From Candidatus Oxydemutatoraceae bacterium (GTDB taxonomy: Bacteria; Pseudomonadota; Gammaproteobacteria; Poriferisulfidales; Oxydemutatoraceae): a stretch of DNA of 64,000 bases. The notes under the pieces were generated by a model. It was not told the origin of the DNA and searched no databases. It saw only the letters and a program-made list of their open reading frames with translations. The stretch lies in NCBI GenBank assembly GCA_965218975.1, contig OZ244717.1, forward strand, positions 1,568,001 to 1,632,000. Direction: 5' to 3'. The number at the start of each line of letters is the position of its first letter. The first letter of the stretch is position 1. Both the position numbers and the translations under genes were made by a program. Positions 10,538 through 22,500 of the stretch are shown here, piece by piece.

Positions 10538-11641
10538 TCATGGATTTTCCTTATGCAGTAAAATCCTCAAATCATCATCGATACGGGTTACATTCTGCCA
10601 TATAAAACGGTGCTTTTGCGCCATCGTTGTAATGCTTTCCATCCGCGCGAGCGGACGACCGCTGCCAAATACCGTTGGAGCCACATATAACAACAACTCG
10701 TCACAAAGCTCTTCTTGTAATAAAGCGCCCACTAAGCCGGAACCTGCTTCGACTTGCGCTTCGCAAAACCCTTCGTTGCCGAGTCGACGAAATAATTCCA
10801 CGAGTGGAACACGTTTCGCTGACGGATTAAATTGCCAAACGGCAATATTCTTATCCGTAAATGAAGCGACTGTCGATGGAGCATTATTGCAAGTGGCAAC
10901 GACTGCTTTTTCTTTTCCTTGATAAATTTTTGCGTGCGGGTCTGTACGTAGTTGACTATCTACTACCAAACGCAGAGGTTGGCGTACTTGACCGGAAATA
11001 CCGAGCTCGGCAGAGTTCAAACGTACATTTAGCCTAGGATCGTCAGTCAACACCGTGCCAAATCCCGTTAGCAATACATCGCTTTGTGCACGCCAACGCT
11101 GAACATCTGCCCGTGAAGCTTCTCCTGAAATCCAATTACTTTCTCCGGATTCCAATGAAATCCGCCCGTCAAGAGTAATGGCAGATTTAATCCGAATCCA
11201 TGGTCGTCGCTTCTCTGCTAAGGAAAAAAATCCGGGATTTAGAGCGCGCGCTTTTTCGGATAATACGCGACTTGTAATCCGAATACCTTGCTGTTGTAGT
11301 CGCATCATACTTTGCCCGTTGATTTTTTCAGTCGAATCTTGCGTTGCAATGATAACGCGAGCAACCTTTGCCGCAATCAAAGCATCGCAGCAAGGCGGTG
11401 TTTTACCCCAATGCATGCAGGGTTCAAGAGTGACATAAACATCGGCTCCTTGCGCATGTTCCTTTGCTTGTCTGAGTGCCATGGCTTCCGCATGATCATC
11501 ACCGGCACGTTCATGCCAACCCTCGCCGACGATTCGCCCGTCTTTTACAATCACGCAACCAACGCGCGGATTGGGCAATGTCGTATATACTCCTTTTGTA
11601 GCAAGCTTTAATGCGTGCTCCATGTAAGCAATATCATCCAT
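10538..11641 (-). CDS. ribD: Riboflavin biosynthesis deaminase/reductase
   Basis: PNPRVGCVI, HAE, TLEPC..GKTPPC; start placed at MDDIAYM. Confidence 0.96.
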   Translation of the reverse strand: MDDIAYMEHALKLATKGVYTTLPNPRVGCVIVKDGRIVGEGWHERAGDDHAEAMALRQAKEHAQGADVYVTLEPCMHWGKTPPCCDALIAAKVARVIIATQDSTEKINGQSMMRLQQQGIRITSRVLSEKARALNPGFFSLAEKRRPWIRIKSAITLDGRISLESGESNWISGEASRADVQRWRAQSDVLLTGFGTVLTDDPRLNVRLNSAELGISGQVRQPLRLVVDSQLRTDPHAKIYQGKEKAVVATCNNAPSTVASFTDKNIAVWQFNPSAKRVPLVELFRRLGNEGFCEAQVEAGSGLVGALLQEELCDELLLYVAPTVFGSGRPLARMESITTMAQKHRFIWQNVTRIDDDLRILLHKENP

Positions 11642-11648
11642 GCGGCAC

Positions 11649-12200
11649 TTAATCTTTATACCTGAACGAAACGTTTGAAACGCCAAAAAAATCTAACTGT
11701 CCGGAGGATGATATTTGATCCTTTTGTTTATTCTTTGTGACAGTAATTCGTTCAACCTCATCTTGAAATGCTCCTACATCCTTAAAGTTTCGATACACTG
11801 ACGCAAATCTGATATAAGCGACTAAATCAAGTTTTCGCAGCTCACGCATGACAACTTGTCCAATTTCTTGCGCGGAGATCTCAACCGGATTCCTTTTGAA
11901 AATTTGTTCGTGGATTCTTTTCTCCAGACCTTCGACTTTATCATTATCAAACGGTCTTTTTGTCAGTGCTAAACACAGACTTTTATGTAATTTTTGTTCA
12001 TCAAAAGCTTCGCTACGTCCATCGCATTTGATGACCAAGGGTAAATCCTTTTCGGGTGTAATCACTTTTTCAAGTGTCTGAAAACGCTCCCCGCATTTCG
12101 CATTGACACATATACGCCGCCGCTTTTTTTTCCGCTGGCTATAGCGAGTATCTATAACGCGTGATTTTGCTCCGCATTTAGGACACTGCACAATGAACAA
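11649..12200 (-). CDS. nrdR: Transcriptional repressor NrdR
   Basis: CPKC...RRR.C..CGERF zinc ribbon, ATP cone, VAYIRFASVY. Confidence 0.95.
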   Translation of the reverse strand: MFIVQCPKCGAKSRVIDTRYSQRKKKRRRICVNAKCGERFQTLEKVITPEKDLPLVIKCDGRSEAFDEQKLHKSLCLALTKRPFDNDKVEGLEKRIHEQIFKRNPVEISAQEIGQVVMRELRKLDLVAYIRFASVYRNFKDVGAFQDEVERITVTKNKQKDQISSSGQLDFFGVSNVSFRYKD

Positions 12201-12235
12201 AAGCCTGCCTACGGAATGGATTTATAAAACCGGCA

Positions 12236-13486
12236 TTACTCATAAACGGGAAACTTCCTACATAGCGCTTTGACTTTGTCACGTACCGTATCAATCACAG
12301 ACTCGTTGCCGATATCATCCAACACATCACAAACCATGTTTGTCAGTGCCATTGTCTCTTCCGTGCCAAAACCGCGCGTAGTAATTGCCGGTGTCCCGAA
12401 ACGCAAGCCGCTTGTAACAAAAGGTGATTGAGGGTCGTTCGGAACACTATTTTTGTTGACAGTGATATGCGCCCGTCCTAGTGCCGCGTCGGCATCTTTT
12501 CCGGTAATATTTTTGTCAATCAGACTCACTAACATCAAATGATTTTTAGTGCCGCCTGAAACAACGTTAAATCCGCGCTGAATCAAGATATCAGCCATAA
12601 GAGACGCATTTTCTTTCACCTGACGAATGTAAGTTTTAAATGCAGGTTCTAACGCTTCCTTAAAAGCAACAGCTTTTGCCGCAATGACATGCATTAATGG
12701 CCCTCCCTGCATCCCGGGAAATACCATTGAATTAATTTTTTTGGTGATGTCGCTATGCTTATGCGCAATAATAAAACCGCTGCGCGGACCGCGTAAGCTT
12801 TTGTGCGTAGTGGAGGTTACCACATCGGCAACCGGCACCGGATTCGGATATTCGCCGACGGCAACCAGTCCCGATACATGGGCCATATCCACCACCAAGT
12901 ATGCTTCCACTTTTTCAGCAATTTCTTTCATTCGCTCCCAATCGACAATTTGCGAATAAGCGGAAAACCCGCCAATCAGTATTTTCGGTTTGTGTTCCAA
13001 CACTAATGCTTCCATCTCGTCATAATCAATAAAACCGTTATCGTCAACACCGTACTGTACCGCTTTATAAATTTTGCCGGAAAAGTTCACTTTTGCGCCA
13101 TGAGTCAAATGTCCGCCATGAGCAAGGCTCATACCCATAATCGTTTCACCGGGCTCACACAAAGCAAGGAAGGCTGCGGCATTGGCCTGTGTCCCGGAAT
13201 GCGGCTGGACATTAGCATAATTGGCGCCATAAAGCTGCTTCAAGCGATCAATCGCCAGTTGTTCGGCAATATCAACATTTTCACAACCACCGTAATAACG
13301 TTTTGCCGGATAACCTTCCGCATATTTATTAGTCAAAACAGAACCTTGCGCTTCCAACACCCGTGGGCTTGCATAGTTCTCGGAAGCAATCAGCTCAATA
13401 TGTCCCTCTTGGCGGCGCCTTTCATTCTTCATCGCTTGCGCGAGTTCAGAATCAAATGATGCGATACTCATATTCCTGGAAAACAT
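12236..13486 (-). CDS. glyA: Serine hydroxymethyltransferase
   Basis: [25 protein letters not shown]. Confidence 0.98.
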   Translation of the reverse strand: MFSRNMSIASFDSELAQAMKNERRRQEGHIELIASENYASPRVLEAQGSVLTNKYAEGYPAKRYYGGCENVDIAEQLAIDRLKQLYGANYANVQPHSGTQANAAAFLALCEPGETIMGMSLAHGGHLTHGAKVNFSGKIYKAVQYGVDDNGFIDYDEMEALVLEHKPKILIGGFSAYSQIVDWERMKEIAEKVEAYLVVDMAHVSGLVAVGEYPNPVPVADVVTSTTHKSLRGPRSGFIIAHKHSDITKKINSMVFPGMQGGPLMHVIAAKAVAFKEALEPAFKTYIRQVKENASLMADILIQRGFNVVSGGTKNHLMLVSLIDKNITGKDADAALGRAHITVNKNSVPNDPQSPFVTSGLRFGTPAITTRGFGTEETMALTNMVCDVLDDIGNESVIDTVRDKVKALCRKFPVYE

Positions 13487-13731
13487 GACTATATTCTCCC
13501 AATAAGATAGAAATTAAGTGTTAACTTTAAACTCATCCATTATAAGTTAAACTTATCAAAAGGAATAGGATAGTGCGCTTTCTTTATCATAGATATGTCA
13601 GAACAATTTTATTGCCGCGAATGGTCCGCCTGCAAAAGTTCGCTGAAAATTTTCAGTCAAGTATAAAGATGAAAAAAATTTTATTCCCGAGTGAAAAAGC
13701 ATGAATACGGAAAATATCATAGATGACTTGA

Positions 13732-14421
13732 TCACGCCCAAGGATTGGGTTGCAATTTGAAACGGAGAAAACGCACAATTCGATAGCCGAATAGCAGTGA
13801 TAAAATCATTAAATAGACCCAAGCTTTTTCATAGTCTGCACGAACCAACCACCAATAATGCAACAAACCGGCACTGATGGCGGCATATACCAGACGGTGC
13901 AAATTTTTCCATGCTTGCCCCATCCGAGCAACTGCCCAGCGAGTTGATGTTGCCGCTAGCGGCACCAACAAAACAAACGCACTAAATCCGGCAAGAATAA
14001 ACGGGCGTTCTTTAATATCTGCAACAATTTCATACCAACCAAAAAATTGATCGAGCCACAAGTAAGTGATGAAGTGACATACCGCATAAAAAAATGCCTG
14101 CAAACCCACTGCGCGACGGTACGATAGCAATACCGGTAACTTTAGCAGCTGCGCCAAAGGACGTACTGTTAAAGTAATCAACAATAACCGCAAAGTCCAA
14201 TCGCCGCTTTTTCGGGTTAAATATTCAATCGGGTTGGCGCCGGCGGTATCTGATAAAACTTTCCACAAGATAATGCTTAACGGTACCAAGCAAGCAAAGT
14301 GAATTAAAAGTCTAAAGCTAATGGAAAAAATTCGATTGGAAAATAGGGTATTCAAACATTGCCGAGCATTTATGTCCGCAGGCTTGAACACACAGCCCAT
14401 AATCAATATATTTGGTCTCAA
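13732..14421 (-). CDS. msrQ: Methionine sulfoxide reductase heme-binding subunit MsrQ (start uncertain)
   Basis: GANPIE..G.W.LR, RR.VGL.AFFY..H, W..LHRLVY; downstream of msrP. Confidence 0.92.
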   Translation of the reverse strand: MRPNILIMGCVFKPADINARQCLNTLFSNRIFSISFRLLIHFACLVPLSIILWKVLSDTAGANPIEYLTRKSGDWTLRLLLITLTVRPLAQLLKLPVLLSYRRAVGLQAFFYAVCHFITYLWLDQFFGWYEIVADIKERPFILAGFSAFVLLVPLAATSTRWAVARMGQAWKNLHRLVYAAISAGLLHYWWLVRADYEKAWVYLMILSLLFGYRIVRFLRFKLQPNPWA

Positions 14422-14423
14422 AT

Positions 14424-15362
14424 CTAAAAGTTTTTACGTAAATCCATTCCCCCGTAAAGCTCTGCTACTTCGTCATAGCCGTTAAATAAGAACGTCTTTC
14501 GCTTTCTAAACTCGCCGATACGACGCTCACGTTTTTGCGACCACCGCGGATGATGGACATCCGGGTTGACGTTGGAATAAAAACCATATTCGCTGGGGGC
14601 CGAACGTCCCCATGTGGTCGGAGGCATCTGTTCGACAAATTCTATCCGCTTGATTGACTTAATGCTTTTGAAGCCGTACTTCCACGGCACTACTAAACGC
14701 AACGGTGCGCCATTCTGATTCGGAAGTGCTTTTCCGTATAGACCAACAGCTAAAATAGTCAGAGGATGCATTGCTTCATCTATCCTCAACCCTTCGCGAT
14801 ACGGCCAATCTAATACTCGCCGTTTTTGTCCGGGCAAATTTTCCCTATCAAGAATCGATGTGAAAGCGACATATTTCGCTCGTGAGGTGGGGCTCGCCTG
14901 TTGAATTATTTTATTCAGCTCAAAGCCAACCCATGGAATCACCATTGACCAAGCTTCAACGCAGCGTAAACGGTAAATACGATCTTCCAAATGATGTGGT
15001 TGAACAAATTTTTCAATATCGTAAATGCTTGAATTTTCGCAATGGCCGGTAACCTCAATTGCCCAGGGTTCGGTAATCAAATACTTTGCCAATTTGGTGG
15101 GAGCGTACTTATCACTGCTTAATTCATAAAAATTATTATAAGTGGTAACTTTTTCATAAGGGGTTAATTCTTCATTGGTATTGAAACGACTATCAGGTAA
15201 ATCGCTCAAGTCAATTTTTAGTTTGGCAGTAGCAGGCGCCAACAAACCGACTGCTGTTGCTCCTGCGCCTGCCTTTAAAAATTTACGGCGGTTGATATAT
15301 ATATCCTCAGACGTAACTTCGTGCTCTTTTGCTTGCGAACGAATAAATTTACGAATCAACAT
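14424..15362 (-). CDS. msrP: Methionine sulfoxide reductase molybdopterin subunit MsrP
   Basis: Tat signal NRRKFLK, YNNFYE, RLRCVEAWSMVIPW, PWKYGFKSIKSI, HPRWSQ. Confidence 0.96.
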   Translation of the reverse strand: MLIRKFIRSQAKEHEVTSEDIYINRRKFLKAGAGATAVGLLAPATAKLKIDLSDLPDSRFNTNEELTPYEKVTTYNNFYELSSDKYAPTKLAKYLITEPWAIEVTGHCENSSIYDIEKFVQPHHLEDRIYRLRCVEAWSMVIPWVGFELNKIIQQASPTSRAKYVAFTSILDRENLPGQKRRVLDWPYREGLRIDEAMHPLTILAVGLYGKALPNQNGAPLRLVVPWKYGFKSIKSIKRIEFVEQMPPTTWGRSAPSEYGFYSNVNPDVHHPRWSQKRERRIGEFRKRKTFLFNGYDEVAELYGGMDLRKNF

Positions 15363-15424
15363 CTCCAATCTCCTTTGAGGTTTCTACCAAGATGCCAACA
15401 TAATAGCAGCTATTGCAAAATAAC

Positions 15425-16006
15425 TCATGAATGTGGAACCTGCCGACGGCTTGCTGCGGCAATTTCTGCAAAATTAACATCTTCGTAGCGAAATACTTGT
15501 TCTTGCATCAAGCTGCCACTATAACTATTTACCCAGTCTCTGTGTAATGCCAAGTCCTTATAAGTCGGTGGTATCACAGTAAAAACAACTGAATACAAAT
15601 CGGAAGTTCCCCCGGGCAAAGAAATATTCCTCGCATAGTGAAAATTATCTATTAAATTAATATGCGGCAACATATCAATGAAAGTGCTTAATCCTGTTTT
15701 TTGATTGGTTATTTTTGCGGTAATACGCAAATAGGGCACAAATCCACCTGCCGGGGCTCCCTTTGGAATGTTACGATCATGAGCCCAATTGACTTGCGCT
15801 TCAATATGAACATGTGTTTCATTCTCTGTCAAGTGTAATGAATCCGGCAATATTTGATCTTTAATCGCTCCCTCAAAGATAAATATAATACCCGGTTGAA
15901 CCCGTTTTTCACCAATAATCAACTCTATCGCGGATACCTCCGATGAACCCGCTAAAATAATTAACAAAAAAGACATTACGCTAAAAATCTTTTTAAATGG
16001 AACCAC
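15425..16006 (-). CDS. Periplasmic iron/metal-binding protein, P19/Tp34-like
   Basis: Signal peptide; HIEA, GFVPYL, PH..DNFHYARNI resemble P19 family motifs (HLEAD, PYL, DGPHYG.N). Confidence 0.65.
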   Translation of the reverse strand: MVPFKKIFSVMSFLLIILAGSSEVSAIELIIGEKRVQPGIIFIFEGAIKDQILPDSLHLTENETHVHIEAQVNWAHDRNIPKGAPAGGFVPYLRITAKITNQKTGLSTFIDMLPHINLIDNFHYARNISLPGGTSDLYSVVFTVIPPTYKDLALHRDWVNSYSGSLMQEQVFRYEDVNFAEIAAASRRQVPHS

Positions 16007-16151
16007 CTTAAAATCCTCGATAAATTGTTAATCAACAAACCGTCGCTGATGCAAGTTGAAAGAATCTTTTTTAATAAAAACTACCATTTAAGGCGTTATT
16101 ATATCAAATAATTTGAATGACTAGAGGAACCAAGAAGTGAAACATGCTCTA

Positions 16152-16175
16152 AAAGCTTCCTAAAGCGGAAGCTTT
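16152..16175 (-). terminator. Putative intrinsic terminator hairpin
   Basis: 9-bp inverted repeat aaagcttcc/ggaagcttt with a 6-nt loop and short T tail on the minus strand, just after the fieF remnant. Confidence 0.4.
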
Positions 16176-16194
16176 CCGGTTTAATTCGTGCCAA

Positions 16195-16709
16195 TTAAAG
16201 TTTTAAGTAGACTCGATTAATCGCCTGGTTTCTAATCTCCCCTTCTTGCAAAGCTTCCGGACCTTCGTGGATAATCGCTTCGGCGTTGGAAAATACCGCA
16301 TAGGCGATTCGATGCAATGAATCTGTCGCAGTTGTTATCGAGCCGGTTTTCTTCACGACATATTTCCGAAACCGGACCAAATATAACGATAATACCGACT
16401 GAACCGTGTTCAATCGGTTGTATATCCATTCATCGGTTCGTTGCCGCAACGACTAAAAAACAGACGAACCAATAATGAGTAAAGCTTGCACTGGTCCGGC
16501 AATTGCTTCCGCTTTACCATGCCCATAGCGAAAAAGATTGATCATTGAGGCAAGACCGCGAGAAAAGAATCAACTAGGCTGGAAAGAATTGTGATTGACC
16601 CGGTAATCATAAAGGCAACCGTTTTGACGGCAATCAGAAATGTTGTAACAGGCACCGAAGCATAGGCTGCCGCATGCATTAGTTTTTTGTGATCGTTTAA
16701 TGCCTTCAT
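16195..16709 (-). pseudogene. fieF: Cation diffusion facilitator (FieF/YiiP-like) remnant with frameshifts and internal deletions
   Basis: Fragments in different frames: TGSITILSSLVDS, RYGHGKAEAIAG, RKYVVKKTGS..TDSLH, AEAIIHEGP; about 515 bp in total versus ~900 bp for an intact gene. Confidence 0.8.
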
Positions 16710-16872
16710 AAATTGCTTGCATTAGTAAAATGCGCTATAGTCAAGCAGTTTAATACTGCACAAACTGTATCAAGAAGCGTACGGTAAAAGTTTCAAATGC
16801 GAGCTTTCATATATATTTTATCCTAATACTACTTTGAGCAGATAACTTGCCAAGCATCGCACAAGTGTCGCT

Positions 16873-19467
16873 ATGAGAAATAAAATCTTATTTGGTGTCG
16901 GATTATTCGCACTGCTAATCACACTTATAATGGTCGGGCTGCCATTTCTCGTTCCACAAACCACCGCTAAATCATTTTTGAACAATCAGACTCAATCCGC
17001 TATCGGAAGAGAGCTACGTATTAACAGCAATTTTCATTGGCAATTGATTCCGCAAGTTCGGATACGTGCGGAAGATGTACAGCTGGCCAATGCCGATTGG
17101 GCAAAGGAACCTATTATGCTTAGACTCGGGTCGGTCGAATTACACTTGGCATTGTGGTCGTTACTGCAATCTAAAGCGGAAATTGCAAAGTTAACCGTAT
17201 CGGATGCCCAAATCGTATTGGAAACCTCGCAATCGGGACAAAATAACTGGGAGTTTGCAGACAGTCAAACTGAAAGCAATTCCACGGATAGAAGCCGACA
17301 GTCAAGTAGCTTCCAGGGCCTTCTTGCTCAAAATATTGCAATCCGTCGCACGCAAATAATCATTAATGACCAACAGCGAGGAGTGCATAGAAAAATTACC
17401 GATTTTGAATTTGAAATTCCGCGGCTTGACTTTGAATCTCCACTGCAAATCAGCAGCGGATTTATAATTGACGGAAATCATGCGCACCTTGAAGCGAGAG
17501 TTTCTCATCCTAAAGCATTAGTGAATGCCGAAGCCAGCGAAATTGATTTTAATTTGGATATCCCGAATAAAGCTCAAGCAAAGATCGGCGGCAATATAAC
17601 GCTCGGAAAGAGTTGGGCAAAGACTCAAAGCGACCTCACCGCTAATTTGGAAATCCCTTATATTAGCCATGACGTCCGTAAATTTTTGGCAAAATTCATT
17701 CCTGACGGTATGTATAGCACGTTTTCCGCGCATGTTGCACAACTAGAGTCAATTCATTTGCGCGGCCATCTAAAAAAATTAGCATCACAACAAGATTCGA
17801 TCATGCTAGATGCGCAAATCGGCTACCGTGGCCGTACTATCAAAGTAGCTTCCAGTTTCGAAGCTGAAGAAACAAATTTATTTCAGGCAAAAATCAATCT
17901 GCGCAATGAAGAAGCGGAATTGTCTTACACCGGTAAAGCCGGGTTTGAACCGCAATTGCAAGCGGATGGTCAATATCGGATACGTATGACATCCGTACAA
18001 AAATTAGCGGACTACTTCAACTATGCCGACGTGCCGAGGATACCTATGAACGATATAGATATTTCCGGTGATATTCAAATAGTCGACAATATTTTCGCAT
18101 TTTCCTCAAACGGCAGCTTGCGCACAAATAATGAACCAGTCAGATTAAATATTGAGTTGTCTTCGGAAAACGGAATTAACAGCCGCATTAATACGAATAG
18201 CAAGGTGCGTATACCCGGAGCGGAAGCCGAATTCGACGGTACGCTTGAACTCGAACCGTCGCTTATGTTGGACGGGCAAGCGAACGTACAAATAAATTCT
18301 CCGGAGAATATCTTTGCTTGGTTAGATATAACATTACCCGCTTTTACCGAAAAAATTTCCGCACAATCCGAAATCCATTATGCGGATGATGGTGTTCGAC
18401 TGACACAGCTTAAAGTTATACAAGGTGAGCAAACTCTTACCGGAGAATTGAACTTGCTCGGGATAGGCACACAAAATCAACTGAAAGGCAAGTTACTCAC
18501 CACTAATTTCAATTTAGAAAAAATATTAGGGCCTAAAACGGATTCTTCTTCTGCTCAAGCTTCGAAACAAAAACAAGGCTGGGATAATACCCCTATTGAT
18601 CTCTCACCCTTGCGGAAATACGGAGCAGAATTGTCGTTGAGCATGGTGCAAGCTGATTTATACGGGTTAAAGCTTGACCAAGTCACTTTACAGCTACAGG
18701 CAAACAACGGTGATATTTCAATGAAAACCGATCAACTGAAACTGTATGGCGGCAACGGTTCAATTAATGCGAAGCTTGATGCGCGAACCGAACCTTATGT
18801 GATCATAGCCGAAGTAAACCTCTCCGATATTGAAATGCCAGGTCTGTTATCCGGTCTAAGCGGATTATCCAGACTCGAGGGTACACTCAAAATGAACGGC
18901 AAAATGACAATGCGCGGAACCAGTCAGGCTGAATTTGCAAGTTCGCTTGAAAGCAACGGTCGATTTACCGCAAAACACGGTAGCATCCGCGGTATTAACA
19001 TCCCAAACAAATTGCACGGTATCTTAAAAGCCTTGATGGTAGAGAAAGACCCGGCTGAACAAACCGAATACACCGGAATAAAAGCGAGCTGGAAAGCAAG
19101 CAAAGGTATTTTAAAAAATGATGACTTCATCCTTACTAGCTCGATAATGAAAATACCAGGTAGCGGTATAGTTGACATACCTTCGCGCACAATCGATTAT
19201 CAAATACGAGCCCAGCTGGCTTCTCTCTCACCTGACCGCTCAACTATGCCGACAGACGGTAAATTCGCCATTCCGATTCGCATATCGGGGCCTTGGAACG
19301 ATCCGTCAATCCGGCCTGATCTAAGTGCGATGCATCCCGATTTACTCAATCTTCTTGACAAAAAATATATTCAAGGCACAACGCGTACATTGCACAAAAT
19401 TTCGAAGAAAATCAAGGAACAATTGGATTCGGCGCTAGATAGTTTATTGCCGGACTTAGGCAGATAA
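16873..19467 (+). CDS. AsmA family protein
   Basis: N-terminal TM helix, GRELRI...L.NA.W, G.NNW, W..PIDLS.L, LYGG.G, G.L.NDDF, IPI.ISGPW.P. Confidence 0.88.
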   Translation: MRNKILFGVGLFALLITLIMVGLPFLVPQTTAKSFLNNQTQSAIGRELRINSNFHWQLIPQVRIRAEDVQLANADWAKEPIMLRLGSVELHLALWSLLQSKAEIAKLTVSDAQIVLETSQSGQNNWEFADSQTESNSTDRSRQSSSFQGLLAQNIAIRRTQIIINDQQRGVHRKITDFEFEIPRLDFESPLQISSGFIIDGNHAHLEARVSHPKALVNAEASEIDFNLDIPNKAQAKIGGNITLGKSWAKTQSDLTANLEIPYISHDVRKFLAKFIPDGMYSTFSAHVAQLESIHLRGHLKKLASQQDSIMLDAQIGYRGRTIKVASSFEAEETNLFQAKINLRNEEAELSYTGKAGFEPQLQADGQYRIRMTSVQKLADYFNYADVPRIPMNDIDISGDIQIVDNIFAFSSNGSLRTNNEPVRLNIELSSENGINSRINTNSKVRIPGAEAEFDGTLELEPSLMLDGQANVQINSPENIFAWLDITLPAFTEKISAQSEIHYADDGVRLTQLKVIQGEQTLTGELNLLGIGTQNQLKGKLLTTNFNLEKILGPKTDSSSAQASKQKQGWDNTPIDLSPLRKYGAELSLSMVQADLYGLKLDQVTLQLQANNGDISMKTDQLKLYGGNGSINAKLDARTEPYVIIAEVNLSDIEMPGLLSGLSGLSRLEGTLKMNGKMTMRGTSQAEFASSLESNGRFTAKHGSIRGINIPNKLHGILKALMVEKDPAEQTEYTGIKASWKASKGILKNDDFILTSSIMKIPGSGIVDIPSRTIDYQIRAQLASLSPDRSTMPTDGKFAIPIRISGPWNDPSIRPDLSAMHPDLLNLLDKKYIQGTTRTLHKISKKIKEQLDSALDSLLPDLGR

Positions 19468-19533
19468 TTAAAATTGACCAAGAAGAAAATAAAGCGACCA
19501 ACCCTAGATAGCTCTTAAGGATTTACAGGAAAA

Positions 19534-22500
19534 TTAGCTTCCCGAGACCCAGTCATACGCATTGCAGAACAGCTTGAGCCACGGCCCTGACTCCCCCCAT
19601 CTGTCATCGCGCCATGAATATTGGATACTGCGGAATAAACGTTCCGGGTGTGGCATCATAATCAGCACACGCCCATCCTCACTGCAAACACCGGTAATGC
19701 CGCTCAGGCTACCATTCGGATTTGCCGGATACTGCTCCGTTACCTGCCCGGTGCCATCAATGTAACGTACGCCGACATATTGTTCAATATTCATCTCTTG
19801 GCAAACCGCTCGCCCTTCAGCATGTGCAACCACAACGGGTAAACGCGACCCGATCATATCCTTTAGTAAAAGCGTCGGCGAAGGCACTACTTCAACCATA
19901 CACAGCCTTGCTTCAAATTGGTCCGAACGATTACGTTCGAATTTTGGGAAATGTGTTGCGCCTGGAATAATTTCTTTCAATTGTGACAACATTTGACAAC
20001 CGTTACAAATACCTAAGGATAAGGTATCGTCGCGGTTAAAAAAATTAATGAATTGCTCGCGTAATTTTTTATTAAACAATACGGATGCCGCCCAACCACG
20101 TCCCGCTCCTAATACATCGCCATACGAAAACCCACCACAAGCGGCAAGTACTTGAAATGATTCCAATGATGCTTGCCCGCTCAATAAATCACTCATATGC
20201 ACATCAACCGCATTAAACCCGGCATGATAAAATGCCGCTGCCATTTCTAAATGTCCGTTCACACCTTGCTCACGCAAAACGGCAACTTTCGGGTGCGTTT
20301 TCAGCATCGCCGACGGTTTTAACGCGCTCAAATCAAAGCTTAATTCGGCGAATAAATGCAATTTATTACATCGGACCGATGCAAACTCTTCCTCGGCGCA
20401 CGCCGGATTGTCGCGCAGCATCTGCATCTGATAACTTGTCTGCCACCAATCTCTTTTGAGTGTTTCCATATCCCACTCATATACATGATCTTCACCTTGA
20501 TAAATTGTTAATTTAGGCGCCGTTTGCACTATTGCAATTTTGCGACAGCAGTCCGTCAGACCCAATCGGTTTGCCTGTCGTTCAACTTCAACCACCGCAC
20601 TTTTTTCGACCTGTATCACTACGCCCACTTCTTCCGCAAATAATCCGCCAAGCAAATGATTCCCGAGTGTATCGGCAGATAAACGGATACCGCAATTCCC
20701 GGCAAACATCATTTCACACAATGTTGTAAATAAGCCGCCATCAGAACGATCATGATAAGAAAGCACTTTTCCATTGACATGTAACCAATTAATTAATTTA
20801 GAAAAAGAAATCAGGTATTCAGGCCTATCAAGATCGGGGCACGGCAAATGCAAATACTTTTTCGTCGGCATTGTTTGTAGTAAAGCCGAACCGCCAAGAC
20901 GATATTTGCCTGCGGAAAAATCAAACAACAACAAGCAACTGTCTTTCTTCGGCTGTAACTGCGGCGTTAAGCAGAAACGGACATCCATTACCGGAGCAAA
21001 CGCGGATACGATTAAAGATAACGGCGAAATAACAGAAAAACTGTCTTTTTTGTTTTGCCCGCGCACACTCATTGACAATGAATCCTTGCCGACCGGAATC
21101 GCGATCCCTAATGCCGGACACAACTCTTCTCCCACCTCGCGCACTGCTTCAAATAAAGCCGCATCTTCGTTTGGGTCGCCACATGCTGCCATCCAATTTG
21201 CTGACAAGCAAATATCTGGTAGTCGCTGAATACCTGCCGACAAAATATTAGTGATCGCCTCAGAAACGGCAATCCGTGCCGACGCTTTGGCATTGATTAT
21301 TCCAAGCGGAGTGCGCTCGCCTATCGCCATCGCTTCGCCGGTATAGTGAATGAAATCAGTCGCGCATACGGCACAATCAGCAACCGGTATTTGCCAAGGC
21401 CCGACCATTTGATCGCGCACTGTAAGCCCTCCCACAGTCCGATCGCCGATCGTAATAAGAAAATTTTTAGCGGCGACCGCGGGAAGCCTCAGCACTTGTT
21501 TTGCAGCGGACGCCAAGTCAACATCCGGAACGGATGAATATTGATTATTCCTTTCAGTCAATCGGATGCTCTTTTGCAAACGCGGCGGTTGGTCCAATAA
21601 TATATTCATCGGCATATCAATTGGCGGTGTTTGAGACACGTTATAATCTTCCAACAGCAATTGTCGCTGTGTTTGAGCATGACCAATAATTGCCATCGGG
21701 CAGCGTTCGCGGCGACAAATTGATTCAAACACGGATAAAGCTTGCGGGTCCAATGCAATCACGTAACGCTCTTGTGCTTCATTGCACCAAATTTCCATTG
21801 GCGACATCCCACTATCAGCGTTGGGAATATCACGTAATTGAATCCTCCCTCCGAGCTTTGCGCCGTGCAGTAATTCCGGAACTGCATTAGACAGACCTCC
21901 GGCCCCGACATCATGAATCGATAAAATCGGATTGTCCTCGCCTAATGCCATGCATTGCTCAATCACTTCCTGACAGCGCCTCTGCATTTCCGCGTTATCG
22001 CGTTGCACCGAAGCAAAATCCAAATCAGCGTCACTGCTGCCGCTGCTTTGCGAAGATGCCGCTCCACCGCCTAAACCAATCAACATTGCGGGGTTACCTA
22101 GTACTACAATCGGCGTGCCGGCAAAGAAAGCTTGCTTTTGAATATGCTGGGGGCGTAAATTGCCGAAACCGCCGGCAATCATAATCGGTTTGTGATATCC
22201 GTAATGACTATGATCATTTTGTTGTTCAAAAGTGCGGAAATAACCGCTCAAGCATGGGCGACCGAATTCATTGTTAAATGCTGCTGTTCCCAGCGGCGCT
22301 TCTAGCATTATCTGCAGCGGTGAAGCTAATTGTGTCGGATATTCGCTGTCAATTTCCCATTCATGAGTGAAATTGGGAATATGTAGATGGGAAACGGTAT
22401 AACCACATAATCCCCCTTTTGGTCTGCCGCCACAGCCGGTTGCCGCTTCATCCCGAATTTCGCCGCCCGATCCGGTTGCTGCGCCCGGGAAAGGAGAAAT

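Noticed and set aside
10469-12235. FMN riboswitch upstream of the rib genes
   Set aside because: Intergenic gaps are short and show no RFN consensus
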